Below, piece after piece: positions 1 to 8,191 of a stretch of 64,000 bases of DNA. The position numbers were made by a program, and so were the translations under genes. Each line of letters starts with the position of its first letter. Position 1 is the first letter of the stretch. The stretch comes from an uncultured delta proteobacterium (lineage in GTDB: Bacteria > Bdellovibrionota > FAC87 > UBA2466). The notes beneath the pieces are model-generated. The model had not been told where the DNA came from, did not search any database, and worked only from the letters and a program-made list of their open reading frames with translations. The stretch is taken from contig CAVZSV010000005.1 of the NCBI GenBank assembly GCA_963778115.1, forward strand, positions 224,001 to 288,000. The letters run 5' to 3'.

Positions 1-617
1 GTCCCCATGACATGGCCCGAAGGCGGAACGTACGCCAGCTTCTTGGTGGATTCGTCGAATACCGAAATCCACGGCCAGTAAAGGGCGGCCTCTTTGCTAT
101 CGCCGATCCGAGGAAATTCGTGAAGTTGAATTTCTTTTAGATCCTCAACGCCGTCTAAGACGGCCATGCGATCGCCACACTCAGAAGCATGGTCGGAGAG
201 CAGGGCATGAATCGTCTTTCCCGTAAAACCAGGGGCGGCAACCATCGCGATGTCTTCAATTGCTTTAAACGCCTGTAGACCAGTACGAAGTTGAGGCCCC
301 TTATCTTCGCCTTTAATGTCGCCGGCCACTTCATCTTCGGTCTGCCCCTCTTTGGGTGCTCCGACATTGAGAACGTAACAGCGAGATCCGCCATTAAGAA
401 AAAAGCCGTAAACCGCGTGGGCGAGATAGCCCCCTTCTTTTATTCCGCCGAACAGTTTCTGGTACGCCGCCCAACTCGTCACCAATTGTGGTTTTTGGAC
501 GGGGCCTTGCGTGACTTGCCCGATCATTCCCGCAGTCGATGATCCCACCGATTCGATGGGTTTATTACCGCTCGAGACGATCGAGGAGTATACGCCCGGT
601 GCTTGATATGTGCTCAT
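1..617 (-). CDS. Phage/contractile injection system tail sheath protein, N-terminal part (runs off window)
   Basis: Manual translation of the reverse strand from ATG 617 (RBS AAGGAG upstream): MSTYQAPGVYSSIVSSGNKPIESVGSSTAGMIG...LVTSWAAYQKLFGG...YLAHAVYGFFLNGGSRCYVLNV...RTGLQAFKAIEDIAMVAAPG...GDRMAVLDG...AALYWPWISVFD...YVPPSGHVMG. These are hallmark sheath motifs (PGVY, FFxNGG, AALYxPW, PPSGH). Open for 205 codons to the edge; absent from the ORF track. Confidence 0.93.
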   Translation of the reverse strand, partial: MSTYQAPGVYSSIVSSGNKPIESVGSSTAGMIGQVTQGPVQKPQLVTSWAAYQKLFGGIKEGGYLAHAVYGFFLNGGSRCYVLNVGAPKEGQTEDEVAGDIKGEDKGPQLRTGLQAFKAIEDIAMVAAPGFTGKTIHALLSDHASECGDRMAVLDGVEDLKEIQLHEFPRIGDSKEAALYWPWISVFDESTKKLAYVPPSGHVMG

Positions 618-1219
618 AGGACACTCCTTTCAGTACCGTCATTGATATCAATGACTCTTTGTTTGGTTTTGTGCTCTTCCCGAAGCGGATTGCCGCTGTG
701 GTAAAGCGCCATGTAGTCGAAATCGAATCGAAACTCTTCTCCCCGAGTGGTGTTGGGCTCCCGGCTCTGGATACGAATGTCCGCTTTGTGGGCCCTCATG
801 CGATCAAAGAGTGCTGGGAAAGCTTTGAAACCTTCAGGTAAAAAAGGATCGATGGTGCGAGAGTCGAAAAAGAAGGCGCAGAGCTTGTCATAAGCGCGAA
901 GGGCTATGGCCGATGGGACAGCCGTTCCTACTAGGGAAAAAGAGATCGTCATCCTCGAGGGGTTGCGAAAGACGACGAACTTGTCCTGGGCGGACTCGCA
1001 GAGAAAGGTTCCTTTCTCCTGGTCGAGACCACTTTTGCCCACGATATAGAGATGAAAGTCTTGGGAGGCGGCGGATAAGGGGGAGCCAAAGACTACCTGA
1101 GGTGACCGACGAAAGAGGCTCGCGCTGTCCTTGAGTACCCCATTTAATAATAAGGTCATGGACTGGGCCAGATTCGTAAAGTAATCGGTATGGGCAAGTA
1201 TTTGAATGCGATCCTCCAT
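614..1219 (-). CDS. Hypothetical protein, possibly Pvc16/Afp16 (DUF4255)-like tail terminator
   Basis: ~200 aa ORF whose stop overlaps the sheath ATG (ATGA). Size and position match DUF4255 genes in eCIS loci, but sequence similarity is weak. Start moved to ATG 1219 because the sigma-54 motif lies inside the longer ORF-track call (614..1330). Confidence 0.5.
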   Translation of the reverse strand: MEDRIQILAHTDYFTNLAQSMTLLLNGVLKDSASLFRRSPQVVFGSPLSAASQDFHLYIVGKSGLDQEKGTFLCESAQDKFVVFRNPSRMTISFSLVGTAVPSAIALRAYDKLCAFFFDSRTIDPFLPEGFKAFPALFDRMRAHKADIRIQSREPNTTRGEEFRFDFDYMALYHSGNPLREEHKTKQRVIDINDGTERSVL

Positions 1220-1235
1220 CACGAACAATGGGAAG

Positions 1236-1252
1236 AGCAATTGATGTGCCAA
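1236..1252 (-). promoter_or_regulatory. Sigma-54 (-24/-12) promoter motif facing the sheath operon
   Basis: Reverse strand reads TTGGCACATCAATTGCT, an exact match to TGGCAC-N5-TTGCW. Confidence 0.75.
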
Positions 1253-1481
1253 TAAACCCCTCCTTATAAGAGGCTCCGAATGAGTGCCCAACGTTTCAGA
1301 AATGAGATAGGGGCGAGAGGCGTGGGTCAAAGGTGAGAAGAGCGGTTACCTCCCTGACACTCCTCCTCTTGCTCGCCTAAGCCTCGTGTCAGTTCTGAGA
1401 CGATTTGGCCCCCTAAAATCACGTTTGAAACGATTGTCGTCTCCCGGCTCTTCGGGGCCTGCTCAAACTGTCCCCTTTCGC

Positions 1482-1498
1482 TTGGTACGGGAATTGCT
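1482..1498 (+). promoter_or_regulatory. Sigma-54 (-24/-12) promoter motif facing the AAA ATPase operon
   Basis: TTGGTACGGGAATTGCT: GG and GC correctly spaced, one mismatch to TGGCAC-N5-TTGCT, about 45 bp upstream of ATG 1545. Confidence 0.7.
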
Positions 1499-1544
1499 CA
1501 GTGAGTCTTCTGTGAGTCGCAAACGGCTTACCAGAAACGAGATT

Positions 1545-3116
1545 ATGGAAACGAACCGAATCGAAAAGTTTACCGAAGAGATCTCCTCGATGATTCGAGC
1601 CAGATATCCTTTGATTCACGTCACGACGTTTGAAGAGGCCAGATGCCTTGACCTGTTGGACGCGTTGGGAAAACGGCGGGAATCGGCGCTGTATGTGTGG
1701 TCACGGACTCAAGGAGTTCGCAAGAACGAACGCGCGGTAGCCGACATCTTAGATCCCATGGCGGCGTTGAAATGGTTCGAAGAGCTCAATGAAAAGTCAG
1801 TCCTTGTGCTTAAAGATTTTCATCCTTATCTCAAGGAGCCGGGCATTGTTCGAAAACTAAGAGACTTGGCGCAGGCGCTTAAAAAGTCTCAAAAGAATAT
1901 TGTCTTGATAGCACCTATCTTACAGACCCCTCCCGAGTTAGCGAAGGAGATGGCTCTTTTGGATCTGCCCTTACCCTCCAGAGAAGAGATTCATCGTCTC
2001 ATTCAAAGAGCGGGGGAAGTGTTAAAGCCAGGGACGCTAACGACCGACCCGCATTTTATTGAATCTATCACCGACGCCGCTTCCGGCCTTACGTATGACG
2101 AAATCGAAAATGTCTTGGCAAAGAGTATCGTGGCTCAAGGAGCGCTCGATCGAAAACTGATTCAAGATGAAAAGCGTCAGATCGTAAAGCGCTCCGGTCT
2201 TTTGGAGTTCGTCGATACCAGCTCCGATCAATCCGCGGGAGTGGGCGGGTTAACGTTTCTCAAGGAATGGCTCCATACTCGCAAAGGTGGTCTTTCCCTG
2301 GAAGCAAGACAGCTTAAGCTTCCTGTTCCCAAAGGGATACTGCTTGTGGGAATTCCCGGTTGCGGTAAATCACTGACCGCGGTAACCGTCGGGCGAAGCT
2401 GGCAGCTACCGTTGCTTCGGCTAGACATGGGCAGAATTTTTGCCGGGGTCGTCGGCTCCAGCGAAAGTAATGTTCGCAATGCCATCGCCACGTGCGAGGC
2501 CGTCTCCCCGTGCATTTTGTGGGTGGACGAAATTGAAAAAGGGCTATCAGGGACTCAGTCCAGCGGAGCCAGCGATGGGGGCACAACGAGCCGTGTTTTT
2601 GGAACCTTACTTACCTGGATGCAGGAGAAGAAAAGTTCGGTCTTCGTCGTGGCGACGGCGAATGATATTTCTGCGTTACCCCCAGAGTTTCTTCGTAAGG
2701 GCCGTTTTGATGAGATTTTCTTTGTGGATCTTCCCAATCGGGAAGAGCGCACCGAGATTTTTGGAATTCAACTCGAGCGCTATGGTTGGGCCGTCGAAGG
2801 GCTCGATATGGTCGATTTGGTTTCGAAGACCGAAGGGTTTAGTGGCGCTGAGATCGAACAAGCGCTCATCGCGGGTCGTTACCAAGCGTTTGGATCCAGC
2901 GAAGCCTTTTGCCAAGGTCATATTTTGGGCGCTGTCGCTGAGACGGTGCCTCTTTCAAAGACTATGGGCGAGAGAATTGAAAAACTTCGTTCATGGGCCG
3001 TGCATCGGGCACGTCCCGCTTCTAAACCCATCGGGGATGAAAGGAACGATAGATTTGGCTCGCGCAGTCATGCGCTAGAACTAGAAGAGTCCACGAAAAA
3101 GGAAGGTAGAGCGTAA
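1545..3116 (+). CDS. AAA+ ATPase, Ycf46-like family
   Basis: N-terminal [17 protein letters not shown] and LKDFHPYL motifs, Walker A GIPGCGKS, Walker [17 protein letters not shown]...[19 protein letters not shown]. Start moved to ATG 1545. Confidence 0.9.
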   Translation: METNRIEKFTEEISSMIRARYPLIHVTTFEEARCLDLLDALGKRRESALYVWSRTQGVRKNERAVADILDPMAALKWFEELNEKSVLVLKDFHPYLKEPGIVRKLRDLAQALKKSQKNIVLIAPILQTPPELAKEMALLDLPLPSREEIHRLIQRAGEVLKPGTLTTDPHFIESITDAASGLTYDEIENVLAKSIVAQGALDRKLIQDEKRQIVKRSGLLEFVDTSSDQSAGVGGLTFLKEWLHTRKGGLSLEARQLKLPVPKGILLVGIPGCGKSLTAVTVGRSWQLPLLRLDMGRIFAGVVGSSESNVRNAIATCEAVSPCILWVDEIEKGLSGTQSSGASDGGTTSRVFGTLLTWMQEKKSSVFVVATANDISALPPEFLRKGRFDEIFFVDLPNREERTEIFGIQLERYGWAVEGLDMVDLVSKTEGFSGAEIEQALIAGRYQAFGSSEAFCQGHILGAVAETVPLSKTMGERIEKLRSWAVHRARPASKPIGDERNDRFGSRSHALELEESTKKEGRA

Positions 3117-4651
3117 TGGAACGGATTAGTGTGAATTTAAGCCGACCGAATTTCTTTCCGGGTCAGCTCATCGACTATAAAGACCTCAATCGATTAGCCG
3201 CTCAAGCGGACAAAGTATCGGCCCTTTTATGCCGGTACCTTTTTGAAAGTGGCGGAATTATCGTAAGAGCCTTTGAGGAGTTCGAAGTGAGCTCTCTCAA
3301 AACGCTTACCCTGCTCGTCAAGCCAGGAATCGCGTTGCTTCCCAACGGGCAGCCCGTGGTTCTCTCCAAAGAGACGGTCGTTGATCTATCACCGTACAGG
3401 AAGGGCAAGGAGAGTCGCAAAATCGTGGTAGCCGTAAAGAACGTCCTCCAAGGTACTGATCGTTATACCGATCGCGAAGACGCTTCCATTTCGGGCTACC
3501 GTACGGAAGCTCTCGATGCGCAGATTGTGATAGGAACCTCGGCGTCCTCTGACGACGGGATCGAACTTTTTAGGGTAACGCTTGCTCCCGATACCGAGTC
3601 GCTTCGCATGGCAACCATTCAAGAGGAGTGGAAAACCGAATTAGACGCCGGAGTGATCGATCTGAGACATCGCAATACGATTGTTCCCCAAACCTTCGCC
3701 CCCATGCGGTCGGAGGAGTCGTTGAAGGTGAGACAGGCACTGTACGGAATCGAAAGAGCCCATTCCAAAATGGAACGAATTTACCTGGTAGACGATCCTT
3801 TTACGACCGTGCAATACCTGACGCAATTGCATGCGGAAATGTTGGCACGCCCCTTTCAGCCGTTGAAGATGGCATTCTTAATGTCGGAATTTGCCGACAA
3901 ACTTTCGAAGTATTTGGATAAGCTCTCCAGTCGGTTGGGTGCGCAGCGGAGCAACTTCGACAGAGAGACACTTCTTAAAGCAGTGGCGCTTTTGGATGGA
4001 CTCAAAGAAAAACAGGTTCTTCCACGCGCGCAAAGCTGGAAGGTTTTACCTGAAGTGGCAGAACTGTTGATGCAATTTGTAGACTTCGCGGAACGAAAAT
4101 TCAGTCTCGTTAATACCGTCGAAGAGGCGCTGATAGATCTAAGAAACCGGTACTGTTCCATGGAAAATAAGATCGTATTAGGCGGCCACCTATTTGAGCA
4201 AGTGGATAAATTGGTAGTGGACGACGAAGACAGGGTCGAAATCAAGGCTCCTACTTCGTTTTCGCGCATGCTCTCCACCCGATTCCAAAACGGCGATGCG
4301 TTGACGCTCAAGGGGAAATTCATCAAGGAAGGGATGCTAACCCTAAAACTTCAGGTGCCGCATCCGGACCGTCCCATCGTGCTTATCTTGCACCAATACG
4401 TCAGACGTGCCGGATCCATTCTGCACTATGAAATCAATGGAAGGCATTTGATTACGGATCAATTTGATATGCAGGGGGAGATGCCGGAGCTTTCCAACCA
4501 CTGGATGAACCGGGGAATCGTGGTTCCGGCCGAGCAACTGGTTCCCCAGGAAAATACGCTACGGATTCGAGTTCAAAAATCGGATCTGGATTTCGGCTTT
4601 TTCGATATTAGCGTTTACCAGCCGTCTGTGATCGTGGGAGGGGCACAATGA
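3116..4651 (+). CDS. Hypothetical protein with tail-fibre/baseplate-attachment-like N-terminus and C-terminal beta-sandwich
   Basis: N-terminal RPNFFPGQLIDYKDL...GGII...F.V...LLVKPGIALLPNGQPVVL resembles the N-terminal module of phage/eCIS fibre-attachment proteins. Helical middle, beta-rich C-terminus. Coupled to the ATPase (TAATG). Confidence 0.55.
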   Translation: MERISVNLSRPNFFPGQLIDYKDLNRLAAQADKVSALLCRYLFESGGIIVRAFEEFEVSSLKTLTLLVKPGIALLPNGQPVVLSKETVVDLSPYRKGKESRKIVVAVKNVLQGTDRYTDREDASISGYRTEALDAQIVIGTSASSDDGIELFRVTLAPDTESLRMATIQEEWKTELDAGVIDLRHRNTIVPQTFAPMRSEESLKVRQALYGIERAHSKMERIYLVDDPFTTVQYLTQLHAEMLARPFQPLKMAFLMSEFADKLSKYLDKLSSRLGAQRSNFDRETLLKAVALLDGLKEKQVLPRAQSWKVLPEVAELLMQFVDFAERKFSLVNTVEEALIDLRNRYCSMENKIVLGGHLFEQVDKLVVDDEDRVEIKAPTSFSRMLSTRFQNGDALTLKGKFIKEGMLTLKLQVPHPDRPIVLILHQYVRRAGSILHYEINGRHLITDQFDMQGEMPELSNHWMNRGIVVPAEQLVPQENTLRIRVQKSDLDFGFFDISVYQPSVIVGGAQ

Positions 4652-5199
4652 AGCGCTCGTTACGCAAGCTATCTAACTTGACTAAAGCGAGCTTTGGATT
4701 TTTGCGCATGATGGTTCGCGCCAGGGACAAAGTCATCTCTATCTCGGCTAATGGCCATACGGTGCTAGAAGGTTGGGAGCATTGCCCGGAGGAAAATATC
4801 ATCCGGGAGGCACGAACTAGCGATAAGCCCCCAGTGGAAAGATACCGAACGGCACTTTTTTGTTATGCGGGAGCTCACGCGGGAGAGATATTTCTGCTAG
4901 GCAGAAGCCTAGAGCGGATTGCCAAAGATGTGGATGCGGATCTTATTTTAACGCCCAGCGATCTTAACAGTACCGAAGGCTTTCGCGTGCTTATCAATGG
5001 GGTAGTGAACCTAATGGCCGATCCGGGAGCTCACTTTAAGTTGAATGGACGTGAAGAAGAAAAGAGCGAACTTTTGGATTATGACGAAGTTGAGCTGATG
5101 GGGAACCACTTCGTCGTCTTAGCCTTACGGGCGCCCCATGCTCATGAAAATGAGGGGGAAGCCATGGCCTTTGCCCAAAAAGGAGGAAGCCGTGTTTGA
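4648..5199 (+). CDS. Degenerate FHA-domain protein
   Basis: C-terminal pattern LFCYAGAHAGEIFLL...I....DADLIL...FKLNG...LLDYDEVELMGNHFVVL follows FHA strand spacing but lacks GR and SxxH. Confidence 0.55.
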   Translation: MKRSLRKLSNLTKASFGFLRMMVRARDKVISISANGHTVLEGWEHCPEENIIREARTSDKPPVERYRTALFCYAGAHAGEIFLLGRSLERIAKDVDADLILTPSDLNSTEGFRVLINGVVNLMADPGAHFKLNGREEEKSELLDYDEVELMGNHFVVLALRAPHAHENEGEAMAFAQKGGSRV

Positions 5200-5755
5200 T
5201 CCCAATGGCTCAATGCCAAGTCAGTTAGCCAGCCCCCCAACTCCCAATCTATGGGACAGGCTGTCTCAAACTATCACTAAGCTCTCTTTGCATTTTAAGG
5301 CGCGGCTAGAAGATGGAATCGAGGAGTTTCATTACATTCTAGAGCTAGCGAAATTGGCCGAACAGGTACAAAAAAGGCAACGTCCGTCGCTAAGCCCGCG
5401 CCGCTTGGCCGGCTTTCTTATCGAAGAGCGAGGCGCATCGCCCATCCCCTTGTGGGAGGGGAATAACCCTTTTCAGTTATCGGAAAAAGGGGTTTTGACA
5501 CCTTCACCGGTAACGACTGAAGGGACATACGATTTCGAAATCCGCGTGGCTCCCAAACAAACCTTATTCGAGCGCAGACACCCTTTGAAAGATACCAGAG
5601 TCGTCGACACGAACGACATGGTGTTTATGGGAACGAAACAGTTTCTTATTAAGATGCTTCCCGAAGAGTACCGGCGCGAGATGAAGGCCCCTGTCAGCAT
5701 TTCTGAAGGTCAAATGGCGACGCTAAGACAAGTTGAGGCAAAACATGCTTACTAG
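5192..5755 (+). CDS. Hypothetical protein, possible degenerate FHA domain
   Basis: GTG 5192 after AGGAGG. LAGFLIEERG...LWEGNNPF...VDTNDMVFMGTKQFLIKML resembles FHA N- and C-terminal strands. Confidence 0.45.
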   Translation: MFDPNGSMPSQLASPPTPNLWDRLSQTITKLSLHFKARLEDGIEEFHYILELAKLAEQVQKRQRPSLSPRRLAGFLIEERGASPIPLWEGNNPFQLSEKGVLTPSPVTTEGTYDFEIRVAPKQTLFERRHPLKDTRVVDTNDMVFMGTKQFLIKMLPEEYRREMKAPVSISEGQMATLRQVEAKHAY

Positions 5756-7109
5756 AACCAAAGTGATGGTCATTTTAGCTCTGTCATTATTTCCCGTTCA
5801 AAATGGGTTTGCCGAAACGGCTGACACCAAAGCGAAGGGAACGTTAGTTCTCAGAAATTTCGCGCCCGTGGATGAGAGAATTGAAGGGGATCTTTCCCTC
5901 ATGAATGCTCCTAGTGGAAAGCTAGATCTCAAGATAGTCCAGTCGGTCACCAAAGAGTCGCTGGGGTTTGAGCTTAAGTCCACCCCCGTTAATCTTTGGG
6001 TATTAGTGGACGCTTCGCAATTGTGCCAGGTCAATAAGATCGATCAATATTTAGGAGCACAGTTAGGTGAGCTCAAACGGACGCTCCCTCCAAAGAGTCT
6101 TTTTAGTGTGGTTTCCTTTACCAGCACAACCCTTGAGATCCCGCACAATCATAGACCCATCGGGGATGTGGAAGAGGTAAGTTTACATTGTGAGCCAACG
6201 CTATTGTCGACCAGTTACGAAAAGGCATTGGCAAGGCTTCTTGAATCTTCTCAAGATGCCGGCATTACCATGCCCACTGTCGTATGGATCTATACATCGG
6301 GTAACGTCTCGCTATCGGAAAAAATGATAGCGAGCCTCAAAAGTAAAAAGATTAATCTTCATTTGATTCTCTATAACGCCATTCTCGAGAATGATATTCG
6401 GCCTCTCATTGACCAGGCGAATCTGAAACTGGGTAACGATCGGGTAGCGCTAAGCATTTTCAATCCGGCCTTTGGATTTGTTCCGGAGCGGTGGATGAGA
6501 GTTGCCATCGATACCCCCAGCTTTTTCAAAGGAGGGCCGGTTCCCCTAACTCTGACGGCTTCGGTGGAAGGCAATCCCGTCGCTTCGGTGCAGGCCACGG
6601 TGAACGTTCCAGCTCCCCGTTCCTTTTGGAGTCGAAATCGTGCTTGGATGATAGGGCTGGGGCTATGTGTGGTGCTAGGCTTTGCCCTGTATCGGCTGGT
6701 GCGCTACTACCGACCGAAATTTTGTAAAACTTGTGGCAAGCGAAGGCGACATACCGACGAAGTCTGCGGGTTTTGTCCTAAGCCTGGCCTTGCCTACTTG
6801 GTAGGAAGATTTAACAGCAAAGATCGCCGCAAATTCAATCGAGTCGATGTGCTTGCATTGCTTAGCCCCGTCGTGGAGCTAGGAAGTCATCGCCGGAGCC
6901 GAGTGAAATGGTTACGGGCTTCTGGCGAGCGCCGCTCGGTCTACTTGACCATCGAGCGCGACACCGTAGCGGGAAAGAGTGCCTATCGGGCGAAGTCGAA
7001 CACGGCTGGAAAGGTTCAAGTCAACGGCCTGGAACTTTCTAATCCCAGGTATTTGGCACCGGGTGACGAAATTCAGAATCGACGGAGTTTCGATGACTTT
7101 TGTTTGTAG
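5745..7109 (+). CDS. Membrane protein: signal peptide, VWA-like domain, TM helix, Zn-ribbon, C-terminal FHA
   Basis: Signal peptide; LWVLVDASQ (degenerate MIDAS) and SVVSF strand; TM WMIGLGLCVVLGFALY; CKTC...CGFC; FHA ending VQVNG...YLAPGDEI. Possible frameshift in the last few codons. Confidence 0.65.
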   Translation: MLTRTKVMVILALSLFPVQNGFAETADTKAKGTLVLRNFAPVDERIEGDLSLMNAPSGKLDLKIVQSVTKESLGFELKSTPVNLWVLVDASQLCQVNKIDQYLGAQLGELKRTLPPKSLFSVVSFTSTTLEIPHNHRPIGDVEEVSLHCEPTLLSTSYEKALARLLESSQDAGITMPTVVWIYTSGNVSLSEKMIASLKSKKINLHLILYNAILENDIRPLIDQANLKLGNDRVALSIFNPAFGFVPERWMRVAIDTPSFFKGGPVPLTLTASVEGNPVASVQATVNVPAPRSFWSRNRAWMIGLGLCVVLGFALYRLVRYYRPKFCKTCGKRRRHTDEVCGFCPKPGLAYLVGRFNSKDRRKFNRVDVLALLSPVVELGSHRRSRVKWLRASGERRSVYLTIERDTVAGKSAYRAKSNTAGKVQVNGLELSNPRYLAPGDEIQNRRSFDDFCL

Positions 7110-7120
7110 GAGGGTAGTTA

Positions 7121-8149
7121 ATGAAGCATCACATTCATAGGGGAATAGTAACGGTGGCTTTCATGACGGTGGTGACCGTCATAATGGGAGGGTGTGCCAC
7201 GCAGTCCGCAAAAATTGGAACTCCGCTGGAATCTAGCAACACTAAGGTTAAATTCTCACTCGATTCCCCAGGAACTATTTTGGTAGCGCAAAAGGTGGGG
7301 CCCAAGGCCGATTGTGATTCTCTAAAGCGTCGCATCTCGGTTTCGATGAGTAAGCAGGGTAATGGAACCAATGTACCTACGACGGTCAGCTGTGACTTTC
7401 TTAAGGGAAACCTTGTGGTCACTTCTAAAACCCTTCAGCCGAAGGGGGATTACTCGATTGGTATTCGCCGGACTGATGTGAAAGGGTTTAAAGAGAATCC
7501 TGTGATCTACGCTAAGTATGAGGATCCCGACTTTTCCGGGGGCGCTGACAGCCTTGTCGATGGAGCGAAGGAGCTAGTCACGGGACAATCGATCAAAGGG
7601 GCTGTGAGTTATCCCGCGGGAAATTCGACGGAATGGGTTCGGTTAAAGGGGAAAAACGCCTCGGTGGGCTTAACGTTAGTGTGGGGGCCGGAGGCTAAGG
7701 ACGTGAAAGCCGAAGTGTACGACGCTACCGCTAAGACTCCTAAACTGATGACAGTGCTTGCGAATAAGAAGAAGAGAATGGTCCCGCTTCGCAATAGCAA
7801 CGTATTGGTAAAGATAACCGCAAAAGCCTACGGAGGAACTGGCCAATACTCATTGATACGAGCGGATGCCGGAGCGTTGGGGACTACGAGTGTTGCCAGA
7901 GGGTTTGCCATTCCGGTCATCGATTGTTACCAAGTCGGCGACAATAACTCCGTGGTCTTGTTGCAGGCGGTTACTGGCGTCAAAGTGAACGACGAAGTCA
8001 GTGTCTTTGGCCGCAAGACCTCGGGAGAAAATGTCACCATTGGCAGCTGCCAGGTGACCTCCATTGTAGGATCCCAGGCCAGCTGCAAGATGGACCGGGA
8101 TGTGACCGGATTTGTGGAGTATCATGCCGAAGGGCGAATCTCCGGATAG
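7121..8149 (+). CDS. Secreted lipoprotein with several beta domains (possible PPC-like domain)
   Basis: Lipobox MGG-C after a hydrophobic leader; GAVSYPAGNSTEWVRL resembles PPC-type modules; paired cysteines. Confidence 0.6.
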   Translation: MKHHIHRGIVTVAFMTVVTVIMGGCATQSAKIGTPLESSNTKVKFSLDSPGTILVAQKVGPKADCDSLKRRISVSMSKQGNGTNVPTTVSCDFLKGNLVVTSKTLQPKGDYSIGIRRTDVKGFKENPVIYAKYEDPDFSGGADSLVDGAKELVTGQSIKGAVSYPAGNSTEWVRLKGKNASVGLTLVWGPEAKDVKAEVYDATAKTPKLMTVLANKKKRMVPLRNSNVLVKITAKAYGGTGQYSLIRADAGALGTTSVARGFAIPVIDCYQVGDNNSVVLLQAVTGVKVNDEVSVFGRKTSGENVTIGSCQVTSIVGSQASCKMDRDVTGFVEYHAEGRISG

Positions 8150-8191
8150 GATGGCTTTCCCTTTCCGCCAATCCCTGGTAAACCGGGGGTA

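Noticed and set aside
155..542. ORF-track calls 155..394 (-) and 291..542 (+)
   Set aside because: They overlap the tail sheath reading frame, which has far stronger family motifs.
1220..1544. N-terminal extensions of ORFs 614..1330 and 1386..3116
   Set aside because: They are not protein-like and contain the two sigma-54 motifs; treated as intergenic.
2440..3078. 212-aa alternate-frame ORF in the ATPase, and similar shadow ORFs (11047..11700, 17831..18424, 23896..24378)
   Set aside because: They lie within or antisense to better-supported genes and show no motifs.
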